A stretch of DNA of 62,267 nt, counting the filler, from Porpidia crustulata (taxonomy: Eukaryota), in the NCBI GenBank assembly GCA_964255105.1. It is 9 parts of 9 records of this genome, joined end to end, with 100 filler letters (N's around TTAATTAATTAA, not from the genome) between each part and the next. Parts side by side here need not be neighbours in the genome. Positions count along the whole stretch, not along the records: positions 34,685 to 41,517 come from CAXUWE010001450.1; positions 41,618 to 48,445 come from CAXUWE010001451.1; 7 more parts are not named here. One strand, given 5' to 3'. The stretch's first letter is position 1. Each line of letters opens with the position of its first letter. The position numbers and the translations under genes were made by a program. Below, in pieces: positions 36,656-48,545 of this stretch. The notes beneath the pieces are model-generated. The model was not told the origin of the DNA. It did no database searches and saw nothing but the letters and a program-made list of their open reading frames with translations.

Positions 36656-36884
36656 TATCAGTTATTGTCAAGCACGTCTCAAATGTTGCAATGGCAGACT
36701 TACCACGCGGAGATAGCTTAATGGTGTTCTTATAGCTAGCTTTCCAGACATTTCGTTACAACGTTGTCGTAGGCTAGGTAACTGTAGAAGGAGGGGGCGT
36801 GATCGCGTTCGAGGATATCAATGATTCAGACCATTGTGCATTCGCGACTAAGACTTCAGACACGACGTACCAGTGCACTTCAGC

Positions 36885-37559
36885 ATGGACGAACATCAGG
36901 GACACTCTACTGGATTCTTAATAAGCCCATCGTCGTCTGCATCGCAAACCCCAGACCCAACTCAGCTACCTACGTCGTTCAAGTCGGACCTCCTCAATCT
37001 TACCATATCAATTGAGGAAATTGAAAGACTGCGCGATAAATACAACCGTCAGATAATACCGATAATGGAAGACGAAACATTTTATAAATGGCCTCATGAA
37101 GATATTGCTACGTCCGGTCTAGTTGACGAGTCGAAATTGGATCTCCGGATACGTAAAGAGAGCTCTCGCATAGAGCAAGATTGCCTCTCTGCGAAGATAT
37201 CTGTTAGTCTTGCTGATATGAATTTCTTCCATACGGACGAGCAGAGGCATAATCTGATCGCGGGCCTCCAAGGACCCACGATCCACGGTTACGGGCATCT
37301 TTTGGATTGTGTATCTTTCCTGATCGAGCAGACGGCATTGCGGAAGAATAACTCAAAGCATCGAAGACGAGCGCGTGCAGACTGCGAGCGTATTCTCTAC
37401 AAATCACAGCGGCCGTCACGTTCAGCTTTGCATACAGTTGAAGTCACAGGCGTTCGACGGAGTAAACGTATTTCTCATAAACCTCAACGGAGGAGCGCGC
37501 GAGTTGAGAAGCAGCAGAAGACGAACGTGACGCATCTAAAGTCCAAAAAAACCGTGTGA
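36885..37559 (+). CDS. Hypothetical protein with a basic C-terminus
   Basis: Intronless ORF of ~224 aa from ATG 36885, divergent from the kinase gene; no recognised motif. Confidence 0.5.
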   Translation: MDEHQGHSTGFLISPSSSASQTPDPTQLPTSFKSDLLNLTISIEEIERLRDKYNRQIIPIMEDETFYKWPHEDIATSGLVDESKLDLRIRKESSRIEQDCLSAKISVSLADMNFFHTDEQRHNLIAGLQGPTIHGYGHLLDCVSFLIEQTALRKNNSKHRRRARADCERILYKSQRPSRSALHTVEVTGVRRSKRISHKPQRRSARVEKQQKTNVTHLKSKKTV

Positions 37560-39502
37560 TATCTGCCAGACGCCTATCATATCACAGGAGCGAACCCCAG
37601 GGTGTCCACGTCTCGTCCTACAGTGCCCGAAACCCTCCTGCATTTCACTGCTTTGGCCACTCATAGCTAGAAGCTCGTTTCGCCCCGCCGTCCTTCAGCA
37701 AAGCGATGCCATAGCAATTTGCAACATCTTAATACGCCGTCGAGGTCAAGAGCTCAACAGGTGGTTGATCAGTTATGTTTTCCCAGTGATTTCAAGACCA
37801 ATCGAGCATTGACGTTAAGCGAAAGAATGTGAGGGAAGGCGCAGGAGGATGGGAATGGAAATGTTGTGATAAGGCGGCCTTGGCAGGGCATGGCGGATGA
37901 AGGTGTAGAAGAACTTCTAGTGCCTGCCAAAGACGTCACACTTGAGGCGCGCGAGACTCTTGGATGGATCAAGACACTTTCTTCTCAAAGCAAGTATTTG
38001 AGCTCACAGGTGAAATGAAGCTCTCCTTCCTTAAACCCAATATCCCGGAAACCTCACGGATTGGCTTGCTTGCAATACATTAAGTCAACGAGTAACCATG
38101 AACGGACCCTGACTTGGCAACTCTCTCTGAGTGAATTCATAGGCCGTCAGAGCTATAATTCAATGATGGCTGGTTCATTGGTTCCGATGTTGTCATCGCA
38201 TAGCTACCCTATTTTCAGTCTGGGTACACCACTTTCTGTCTAGGACGAGGGTTCCGGGGCCTTCCCGTCTCCACCGTTGCTCTGCGCTGGCCCTTGCCGA
38301 TCCTGGAGAACGACTCCAATAGATGGAGGATAAGGTCCTAGCGTGCGATGACACTACGACTCTACCCAGAGGACTCCATTCCGCATAGCGCAGTCTATAA
38401 CCCATACTAAAGAAGTCATGTCGTTGCATCGAATCTAATATATTGAATTACTTTTCCCTTGAGTGCTGTTTACGACCTTCCATCGACTGCTTTACTATCT
38501 CATGGTTCGTCTCTTCACATTTTGTCCTGTTCTAGGCTTACAATTCTATCCACTCCATCAGCATGCATCTGGGCACTGAGCAATCATTGTCGGTCTGGGA
38601 ATAATGCATCGAAATTTCCCTTGCTGAGCCAAGGAGCGTCCGCAGCTAGATCTAGAGAGGCAGTGATGAGGGCTGCAACGACGCTCGTCTGCGATAGATA
38701 TCAGTAGTCATTGACTGTCGAGTCTTGGCAAGTTGAAGAATGAAGAGAACGAAGTGAGCGATGGAACAGATGATGTACAGTCCAGGCAAATAACTTTGCA
38801 TTATAAATATCGTACTCTCGCTAATATCCACCAGTCTCTTCCCTCAATCCTACATTTGCTGACTGTGTCTGGCTGGTCCACTTTTTTTGGACGTTCTGTG
38901 TGGCTGTCCCCAAGTAAAGGGGCACTGTAATGTCATACTTCGACATAGAATGATGGAGACTTCTACGGATCGAGAAATTGGAAGTGTCTGTAGCCCTGTC
39001 ACTCCGGTCCAGCCTGTATGTCAGGGACCGGGTCCCACTTACAGCTCTCGATGTAGATCACTTGTCACTCGATAAACCTCATACGGTATTTGTCGAGGAT
39101 CTGGAGAGAGGTGTTGATATTTTTCCATATCCACGACAAGGTGCCATTGACCAGCATATTCCCCGCCAATGTGTATGAATTGCTGCTTAGATTCGGCATA
39201 ATTATCATGGACAGTGCCTTGAGTGTCTCTAGGGTTGCAATAATCGCAGCGTCGAAACTAGCTGTTGGTGATTTCGAGGTATTTATCAAACATGTCTGAA
39301 TACATTCGTAGGATGATTCGCTTCGCAGGTGTGTTTATTGCCTGCTTTTCCACTGTTGTAAAATGATGGTAGAGAACATAATAAACCACAGTGATTCTTT
39401 CCTGAAATAAATGCTTCATTGAATCTCCAAATCGTCGCTTATAATCTTGTCTCGATTATCCAGAGTATATGGTATATGTATCATTGTACATGTATACCTC
39501 AC

Positions 39503-39622
39503 ATATACGACCATAGACACCAGATAAATAGGGCATCCCGTCCGCTCTGCCGTACTCAAGCTGGTGATCGGCAGATTAGTAGTTGGGTCGGTGACGACCA
39601 GCGAATTCCTGCTGTTGTATGT
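39503..39622 (+). rRNA. Dispersed 5S rRNA gene
   Basis: ATATACGACCATA...GGGCATCCCGTCCGCTCTGCCGTACTCAAG...TTAGTAGTTGGGTCGGTGACGACCAGCGAA...CTGTTGTATGT, 120 nt with complementary ends, followed by an oligo-T Pol III terminator. Confidence 0.95.
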
Positions 39623-41517
39623 TTTTTTATTTTGCTTTTGAATTTCATATGAATGTGGATCACGGCCAGATCTTCTTTAAAGATGTTACGGGAACCCTCG
39701 TCCCCGCGTCTCCTTTCCCTCTCGTCTCCTTGCCAGAAATGCTTGTGGATCTACAACTATGCAGGGTTGGTAGGATTTTGAGTGTTACATCAATTGTCTT
39801 CAGTGCACGGTGCTGTATGTGAAGATAAAATCCATCGTCCTGACTCCTAGAAGTAATGTCATGGCCATGGTTGAGGCTATTACTAAACTTGTTTCATCCT
39901 TTGAGTTCGATACGTCAACCCATTGACGTATACATTGAGCCGAAGTTCAAGATCCTCGATCTTTGGGACGACCTTTATGACAATCAAAATGCTGGGCCAC
40001 AAAATTGACCAAGGAAATGCTCGGCCACCTGAGCGTCTCGGAAACGCAGAAACCTAAATTTCGATCCTGGAAGATTGTCGAGAGATTCAAGATTCCTGAG
40101 TGGAGCAGAATGTGGAGAAAATACAGCCTCTGACGAGGCAAATAAGCAAATTGCAGAGACTAAGTCTATGACCGTTGTTCTGAATCAAGGTTTTACCTCC
40201 ACGGGTAAGACGCGTATATAAGCTTTAGAGTGAATAAGGAAGGACAAAAACTTGAACTTGAAGAGACGTTAGGTGGAAGTCGATCGATGACTTCGCTACA
40301 CCCGTTACAAACAGAGATGATAATGACAGCTAGACGACTTGAACCCCTCCTGACTATTGGGGGTGTGCTTTTTGAGTATCCCTGATATTTCAGTATACAA
40401 TCAGTGTTGGAACTCTACTCTCCGAATAAATGCGGCCAGTCACACGGTCTCTACGTACGTGCTGATGGTGACACTAGACCAATCTTAGCGCCATATGAAT
40501 GCCAGACGGATCAGTTAGCAATATCTGTGCAACCGAGAAAAGAATGGAGATTCGTCTGATAGTATGGATACAGACCACTTTATAGTAGAGACTAATGATC
40601 AACCTCTCCCAGATCCCTTTATCCATCGGCCGTAGCATGATTCGTTGCAAGATATCTTCCATCCACCTCGCAAAAAATTTCCGAGGATTCTCCCCCTATC
40701 CGTGGAGAAGCACCTCCTCTCAAGGATACTGGCAATAGAAGCGTACTGTCAAGTGCTCACTAAGTAGACATTAGCACTCTTCACAACAATGAATCAGACT
40801 TCAAGCTCAGGCTATTCATGAATGACTAACGGAAACTCATTGATGCTGCAACGATGATTTCGTCGATGGACATGAATAGGATTGAGATAAGAACATTCCA
40901 GATCTTGATCAGGCACTCTATTCACCACGTATCATGAAGTATTTCGTTGCAGAATCATCAACCTTCCTAAACTCGCCCGCGAACACCATACACACCATTG
41001 ATCCGAGCACATCCCATCTCATCACCAGCAAATCATCAACAAGCCAACCCAACCCTCACGCCTTCCATTTTACCCCAAACACGGAGATAAAAAAAAGAGT
41101 ATCCCGTCACAATCAGCAAGATGACAAATCTCTCACATCAAGAGATAGCCGACAGCGCCCCATGTCCAGACACTTTTTATCTTTCACGCACCGATTTGTA
41201 AAAAAAAAAAAGACGCCACCAATGCCCTCACAACAAAAGATATATCCCCTTCCAAACAAAAAACCAACAGTCAAACGTGCCCAAAAACCGTCATTAAACA
41301 ATCGCTATCGTGAAATCAAAGACCAACGTACTACAAAAAAGCGTAAATTTTCCCATCAGTGACCCACCCCAGTCGATTCGCAGATCCGTACAGTGTCCAT
41401 GATATTGAACCCCGATTGGCCCCTGTGGAGGGTTTGACCGGGAGACGGGAGGAGTACGCGTGGGGGTTCAGAGATGTTGGAGGGTTGGATGTGTGTTGAT
41501 CGGATCTAGTAGCCTAA

Positions 41518-41617
41518 NNNNNNNNNNNNNNNNNNNNNNNNNNNNNNNNNNNNNNNNNNNNTTAATTAATTAANNNNNNNNNNNNNNNNNNNNNNNNNNN
41601 NNNNNNNNNNNNNNNNN
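41518..41617. other. Artificial contig spacer
   Basis: N44-TTAATTAATTAA-N44. Confidence 0.99.
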
Positions 41618-42159
41618 GTTGGGGAAAGTGGTTTGATTTATCTTTGGTGCTCGGGCTGTGTGGATATAGGTACCTAACGCGGGATGTCTTGATCGGTCAC
41701 GTGGTGGAATGAAATTTAGGGATTATTATTTTTCCAATTTTCAAAATCATTCATCTTCATGTTTACTGTTTTGGAACACTGGGTACGGTCATTACACCGC
41801 CGTGCCCGCCGTGCATCCTAGACACGTACATCTCGATCTCGAACAAACTGACGCCGTCCACGGCCTTGAAATCGTCTTCCGGCCCCCAAATTGTATCTAC
41901 AGGCGTGAGCGGGGGTGTTGCAAAGGTGAACTCAGTCGTGAAAGATTGGAACACAGTCATGCCAAGGTGTAGCTGGCCGGCTTCAATATCGCCATCATCC
42001 CTCCAAAGTCTTAACGCTGACCCTTGTGTAATTTATGAACAAAGTGCAGTGCAGGCCCTTGGTTTGCCGCCATTTCTATCGGACGAGTGGGAGTGCATTC
42101 ATAGGCTCTTTGAGCGACGATGATTCGAGAACTTGGCAATTCATTCTTCAACGTTCGAC

Positions 42160-44158
42160 ATGGGGTTGAGCCAGGGTCTACCCATCCGGCAAAAGAGCAA
42201 GTTCACGCAAGCTACCGATCCACTACCAGCGCGTCGTGCGGTCTACCAGCAATTACCCGTGGATAAATCGCGGACGCGAGTTCTCGTGCTGCATTCGCAT
42301 TCATCCAACGCAGCACCAGTGTCATGTTCGCTCAAGGTCGTAACCCTCGACCCTGAGCCTAGTAGTGCCTACACGGCGCTTTCGTACGTTTGGGGTGATG
42401 CCTCTGTCACCGAAGATATCAATGTGAACGGTGTACCTTTTGCAGTGACCTCTAATTTGGTATTGGCGCTTCGACAAATCCGCAATACTTTCGGAGAAGT
42501 CGTTCTTTGGGCGGATGCTATATGTACGCGTTCCGGCGGCACAACTTCAAATCCAGTTTCTGATCTCACGTGTAGCTATCAATCAAAGAGATGTTCCGGA
42601 GCGTAACCAACAGATTATACTCATGAGGAGTATATATTCCAAAGCCGAGCGAGTCATCGGCTGGCTTGGGCCAGATGAGAATGGGGGCAGCCAAGCTCTC
42701 AAGACCTTTGAGACCCTCCTTAGAACTGTAATACGTTATCCTGATAATTTTGAGTGGGTTCGAAAAATGCCAGAGCTCCTCACGGTGGATGGAACATTCA
42801 CTGAGAATGGCATACAATATGAGTCAAATCACAGACTAGAGAAACTGCTGCCATGGCTCAGAAGCTCCTTCTGGAGGAGAATTTGGATAGTTCAAGAATT
42901 GGTACTCCCCTTGAGTTTGAGACTGATGTGTGGCGAGGAGTTCACGGATGTACCGGACCCAGATTTATTCCATAGAACCGTCAACAGGCTGGCCAACTTA
43001 CGTCATGGACGACCTGACTCTGTGCCAATCCAAATTTGGATGAGAATATACGAAGGCATGGCCTTGCTCCGATTGACAGCAGCACGCCGATTGCAGCATG
43101 CACGTCGGGATGATGTAGTCGATCGCATTTGGGAAGGAGCCGGTGGATTCATAAACGCACGCATCCAGCTCGAGTTTCACCAAACGTCCGATCCTCGAGA
43201 TCACGTTTACGGACTTCTAGGCTTATTTAACTTGGATATCGTACCTGATTATAGTGAAGACATGACAGTTGGTGATGTCTACCTTGAAGTGGCTCGGCGT
43301 TGCCTCAAGACAGAGTTTCGAGACATTCTAACTCTGGCAGGCACAAGGCATAGTGGCAGTGGATCAGACTGTTTGACACATCTTAACTCGCCTTCTTGGG
43401 TACCAGATTGGAGATTAACAACTCCGGCGAGGATCCGACTGGATAGGTATCCCAAATCTCATGCCTTTCCGTCCGATGGTGGGCTCCAGATGCAGATCAT
43501 CGACTACAAATGGCTCCAGGGATCTGCAGTCGTATGGGATACAGTGTCAAAAACTGAATCCAAAGTTGGCTGGGACTTGACCGAGTGGGATTTGGCGGAG
43601 AGAATCGATATTGAGAAGCCTGGTGATCGGGCTTACCCGTCCGGGATTACACGCTTTCAAGCCATTATTATTCTCTGGCACGGGGGATATGATGGATCAA
43701 AAGCAGGCAGATGTGATCTGCAACCAGGTTCGGAACTATTTCGTTCCTATGAGGTTATCTTCTGCGCCAACATTGCAAAACCTTGGACCAATAAACACGG
43801 TCTGAGTGAAAAACCTAAGCTAATTCATCATGTAATTGGAGGGAACGATCTTATATTCAGAGCAACATCAATATCCAACGATCACCGGGAATCCTACATC
43901 GCACGATCCAGACAGTTGCGATATGGTATGAGGTGTTTCCATACTGAAAAAGGATATATCGGCTTTGGGCCTTTGACAACAGAGGTTGGGCAACTCGTTT
44001 GCGTCCTTGAAGGGCATAAGGCTCCTGTTCTACTTAAAAGAAGTGACTCGCATTATCTTTTCGTCGGCGATTGTGACGTAGTAGGAATCATGAACGGGGA
44101 AGTTCTGGAAGCGGTCAAGCGTGGTGAAGCTGAGACGACCGATATTGAAATAAGGTAG
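42160..44158 (+). CDS. HET-domain protein (HET-6-like), 2 exons
   Basis: TRVLVLH, YTALSYVWGD, VTSNLVLALRQIR, LWADAI|SINQRD...ERNQQIILMRSIYSKAERVIGWLG, FWRRIWIVQEL, TSDPRDHVYGLLG, PSWVPDW, GYIGFGP...VCVLEG...FVGDCDVVGIMNGE. Confidence 0.92.
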
Positions 44159-45245
44159 TTGTAGTAGCGCTTGGACTTTTAGAGTATGTAAACCCATTCT
44201 GCCACCTACCAGATACTTTCTGGAAGGTGTGCTGGCGTCTGACAATCTTGATCCTTATATTTGCAGAAGACGCAATTAACTTTGTGTAGATGTTCGATAG
44301 TCATCGAGCTGAACGGTGTTAGAGTTTAGACTCCGGTTGGTACTTATCTAGTATGGAGAGGAGTGTCAAGGACAAAGGGTAAGCAGACTTGAATAGCTAA
44401 ACAGACTTCGTACATTGCAAGTGCAATTGTATTACATGCTTAGCTGGTTGAGAAGTCTAGTGTATGATTGTCAACATGAGTTGAGCACGAAGCTCCTACC
44501 TAGAGAAAATACGCTGTCTATACGGTAGTAGGAAATCCACTGCTCGCCCTGGCTCGACCGGAGTGAGCTTGTCGAGCCTGTCACGTGTGCCTGCCAAGTG
44601 CCAAGGCTCCTACCTAGTTGGGGCGTAACAGGGAGTACTGAAGCTGAATAGGCCGGGTCTACTATAGCTACTGACGACCTGGTTCAAAGGGTAGGGCTAT
44701 ATATTGATACAACTACCTTACTACATTAAAGTGTAGGCCTCTACTCTAATCGATGTCGTCGGGCTTCATCGTCATTTCTCCTACAACCTTTGCTCTACTT
44801 TTCACATTTATTATTCTTCTGTCTGACGTCGTGGCATGTCCTACTGCATTCGGCAGGTGCTAACATTGTTGCATCAGTATGATTTCATACGTCTCTTTAT
44901 ACCCATTCACAAGACTCGTTGAGATAAGGTCCGTCCCTTATCGATACTGATGTTACTACCCTTTGCGTATAAGGATTTGATCTTATCGTATCAGGTTCGA
45001 TTCCCAATGGCGCTGGTTCGATGGTGAAGTGCTTTGCTTTTTCTCTTCCTGCCTAGATGCAGTATGCGGTATCATACGGTTGTCTCTGTGATAGATAAAT
45101 TGAAGAGGCCGGCAAATATGTTTACAACTAGTCTCCCATCCTCTTTCCCTTGTGCTTGTTGTAGTCCTTACTTCCAGCGATTTGTCTGCCTCCGCACTGT
45201 TCCACGCGACGGCAAGGCTTTGAGAATACCTGTTCAACGTATCCC

Positions 45246-47023
45246 ATGGACGAGCACGACAACAATGCCTGGCCGCCAGGAACAGTCAGGCTGGAAGTTC
45301 TGCACCGGACAGGAATAAATGGCGAGGTCATTCTACAGCCTCGTCCAAGTAGGGATCCAAATGATCCATTGAATTGGCCTACATGGCAGAAGTATCTGAA
45401 CTTTGGACTGGTGTCATTCTATGCAATGATGGTGTTTGCCCTGTATGTGACCTTCGAATCACCTTATTGGATCGACGTTGACATCTTGTTTAGTATTGAT
45501 GCCGCAACGCCTACATGGGCTCCTATGAACGAACAGCTCGGCTTCAGCTATGCAATTTTGAATGATAGCTATGCCGTAGGGAATGGAACGTTGGCCATCG
45601 GCGCTTTCCTATTGATCCCCTTCGCTTTGAAATATGGCCGACGACCTGTATACATCATCAGTACTGTCGTCCAGCTGGCCATCTCGATCTGGTCTGCGAA
45701 GTTGGAGACAGTGGCAGATATCATGCTTGTCAATGCGTTCAGTTGCCTTGTTGGAGCATTGGCTGAAGTCATTGTTCAGATGACTGTTGCAGATGTCTTT
45801 TTCGTTCATGAGCGCGGACGCATGAACAGCTTCTATGTTTGGGCTCAGAACATCGGTGGTTCTTTGGCGCCAGTAGCAGCCGGGTACATCACTGTCAGCC
45901 AGGGCTGGCGCTGGGTCTGGTGGTGGTGTGCGATTTTCTTCGGAGTTGCCCTACTTGCCTACATCTTCCTCTACGAAGAGACCAAATACTCCCACGGCGC
46001 AATCGAAGGCGTTGAAGTCAGTACTTCCCACGACCCGGTATTGAAGTTCACTGAGACCAGGAGTGACGAGGAGATCAAGATCTTAGAACCAAAGCTAAAG
46101 CCCATGCCGTCCAAAGGAAGTGCAAGCGCTGAGCTCGATCGACAGTGTCATCTCAGTGTAATCGATATTGACGACTCAATTCCGAGAAAGTCGTACTTTC
46201 AGCGTCTTGCCTTCTCGTCTTCCTCGCCAGGGCCAATGAGCCACTTCTTGCGCCACAGCTACCAGCCATTCATGATCCTCTTCACCATACCCGGCGTCTT
46301 CTTCGTCTCTCTACTCTACGGTGCGTTGATCGCCATGAGCACAGTTCAGATTACTACTCTCTCTTCTTGGATGGCCGGGCCACCATACAATTTCAACGCC
46401 GCTCAAATCGGACTCATGAGTCTACCCTCTTGGATCGGATCGACCCTCGGGGCGCTCATTTGCGGACCCTTAAGTGACTGGCTCATCCTCTTCCTGGCTC
46501 GAAGGAACCATGGTATTTACGAGCCTGAAATGAGACTATGGGTTATCGTAGCGTTTATACCTTTCGTTCCAGCCGGGATTTTTATGTTCGGGCTTGGACT
46601 GAACAACGGATCTCCCTGGCCAGTTGTTGCGGTTGGCTATGCCTTGACTACCTTCGGCACACTACCTGCAAGCAGTCTTTCACTGACGTATCTCACCGAT
46701 GCATACACTGAGGTAAGGGCAAATCCACATCAGCGTTTGTCAAAACGGCTCTGTGCTAAGATTTATTTTTCCAGATTGTTGGCGATTCTCTGGTGGGTGT
46801 CACATTCACCCGCAACATCATTGCAACAATATTCGTCTTTGTACTGACCCCTTGGATCGCGAGTATGGGGCTGAAAAACGTCTATACTATTATCGGCGTT
46901 CTCATCACGGCAGTGTTGCTGGGAACTTTTGTTTTCATCTACTGTGGAAAGACCCTCCGCGTGAAATCTACAAAAAGATACCGCTACCACGCGGCTCGGC
47001 AGTACGAGTCTCGTTCAGTATAG
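45246..47023 (+). CDS. MFS transporter (DHA1/Hol1-like), 3 exons
   Basis: LQPRPSRDPNDPLNWP, PFALKYGRRPVY, DVFFVHERG, GWRWVWW, YEETKY, GPLSDW...GIYEPEMRL, YLTDAY|IVGDSLVGVTFTRN. Confidence 0.92.
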
Positions 47024-47549
47024 ACTAGGTGCAGCTTCTCATACATATACCATATCAATATAGTAGTCATAGCGCAGGTGTAAAGACCAAGATGGATAGA
47101 AATGCAGCAGCAAGGTACAGTGAATTCGTTGAGCCTTAGTGCTTGATACTTTGGCGGCGAATGTAGTGAAAAAAATTAGAGGAAGTGATTTGGATTCCAT
47201 CTCGTGGGATCACCTGTATGGAACGATGAGCCGAGGGGCAACGCTGTTCGCAGACACAGCGTTACGACCTGGTGTAAGCGGTTTGACGGACACTTGCCGA
47301 CTGTACGAGCTCGAAGTGTTGGCAACATGCCGGTTTCGGTCACTGAGAACAAGGGATATATATACCTTTCCCAGGGAATTGGTCGTCAGGGCAAAGAGGA
47401 TGGGGGGTTACAGAACCGCCGAAGTGTCGATCAGGATCAGCGTTGAGAACAGAAACCGACAAGCACGCGAGCGGCTATCAGGTATAAGGTCGATAGACTG
47501 AATTCCCAGGATAGGTCGGATTCAAAAAGGGGGGAAATATGCATGATGG

Positions 47550-47819
47550 CTCTCTGCTCCTGCGCCTCCGTGCCTACTCCCCCCCTGTTCCCTCGGTACT
47601 CCGTCTGAAGCAGCCTTGCTCGCTTCTTCGATCGAAAACGACAATCACTAATTCTAAGCTCGGAGTGTACTTCTAATATATATTATATACATCCCGAACT
47701 TAGGATGAGGGATTGCCAGTTCGAGACGAAAAAAGGAGTCTCAAAAGAGCATAAGGGAGCATTGAGGGAGCACGAGGGAGCACAGGGGACCTTTCGAACT
47801 AGGGGTGAATGCGAGTATA
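47550..47819. repeat. GGGAGCA-repeat element whose end motif recurs on another contig
   Basis: Tandem AGGGAGCA units at ~47753-47788, degenerate inverse (TGCTCC/TACTCC/GTTCCC) units at ~47556-47601. TTTCGAACTAGGGGTG (47792-47807) is the reverse complement of CACCCCTAGTTCGAAA at 55335-55350. Confidence 0.55.
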
Positions 47820-47884
47820 TTAAGCCTAACCTGGTTAACTATTCAATACGGATGATAAACAAACAGTAGTTTATCTAGGATCCT

Positions 47885-48445
47885 ACTGACCGTACACCCC
47901 CTTTGCCTACTCGTACACCCCACCAAATGAGGTTTATTGACATTCTAATAAGGCTTAGTACTAGGGTTATACTTATCAAATCGCTTCTTCGTCATTTGCT
48001 TGCGAGCGATCTAATTCGATCAAAAAACACCCATTTCAAAATTGAAGTGTCATTCAAAAGGCCCTTCGCTTATCGCCTGAAAGGTATAACTGCCTGCTCG
48101 TCTTTCACGTCTCTTCTTCATCTTCCCTCCTTCTCTTCTCTTCTCCCACCGGTCTATCCTCCTTCATCGGCCTATCTCCTCATATCGGTCTACCCTCCTT
48201 CAGCTCCTTCATCCCTCCTATCTTTTCTGTCTCTCATACTTCTACTATCATCCCTACTTTTTCTTTCGCCTTTACTTTCTTTCCCCCCTCTCTTCCGCTG
48301 CTTCCTCATGCTTCATCTCTTGCGCTTTCATCCGCGCTAAAACATGTTCAAATTGAGAAGCGATTTGATAAGTAGAAGATTTATAATTCTAAGACTAGGC
48401 TTTGAGTAGTACTAAGCCTCATTTGAGGGGGTGTACGAGTAGGCA
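47885..48445. mobile_element. Non-autonomous TIR element (MITE-like); right end cut by the contig break
   Basis: Left arm TGCCTACTCGTACACCCC..CAAATGAGG and CTTATCAAATCGCTTCT mirror right arm CCTCATTTG..GGGGTGTACGAGTAGGCA and AGAAGCGATTTGATAAG. The TIR carries an internal direct repeat CGTACACCCC; the core is pyrimidine-rich and non-coding. Confidence 0.85.
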
Positions 48446-48545
48446 NNNNNNNNNNNNNNNNNNNNNNNNNNNNNNNNNNNNNNNNNNNNTTAATTAATTA
48501 ANNNNNNNNNNNNNNNNNNNNNNNNNNNNNNNNNNNNNNNNNNNN
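48446..48545. other. Artificial contig spacer
   Basis: N44-TTAATTAATTAA-N44. Confidence 0.99.

Noticed and set aside
39503..39622. 5S gene as the insertion site of a Starship-type giant element
   Set aside because: The 5S gene is uninterrupted and no tyrosine-recombinase captain is visible on this contig.
40934..41517. 142-aa K/P/S-rich ORF and G/T-rich telomere-like end
   Set aside because: A/C homopolymer-rich sequence at a contig end, typical of a low-quality read tail; no regular repeat unit.
47903..48340. 145-aa hydrophobic L/S/P/F ORF as a membrane protein
   Set aside because: Arises from the pyrimidine-rich core of the TIR element and has no ATG start.
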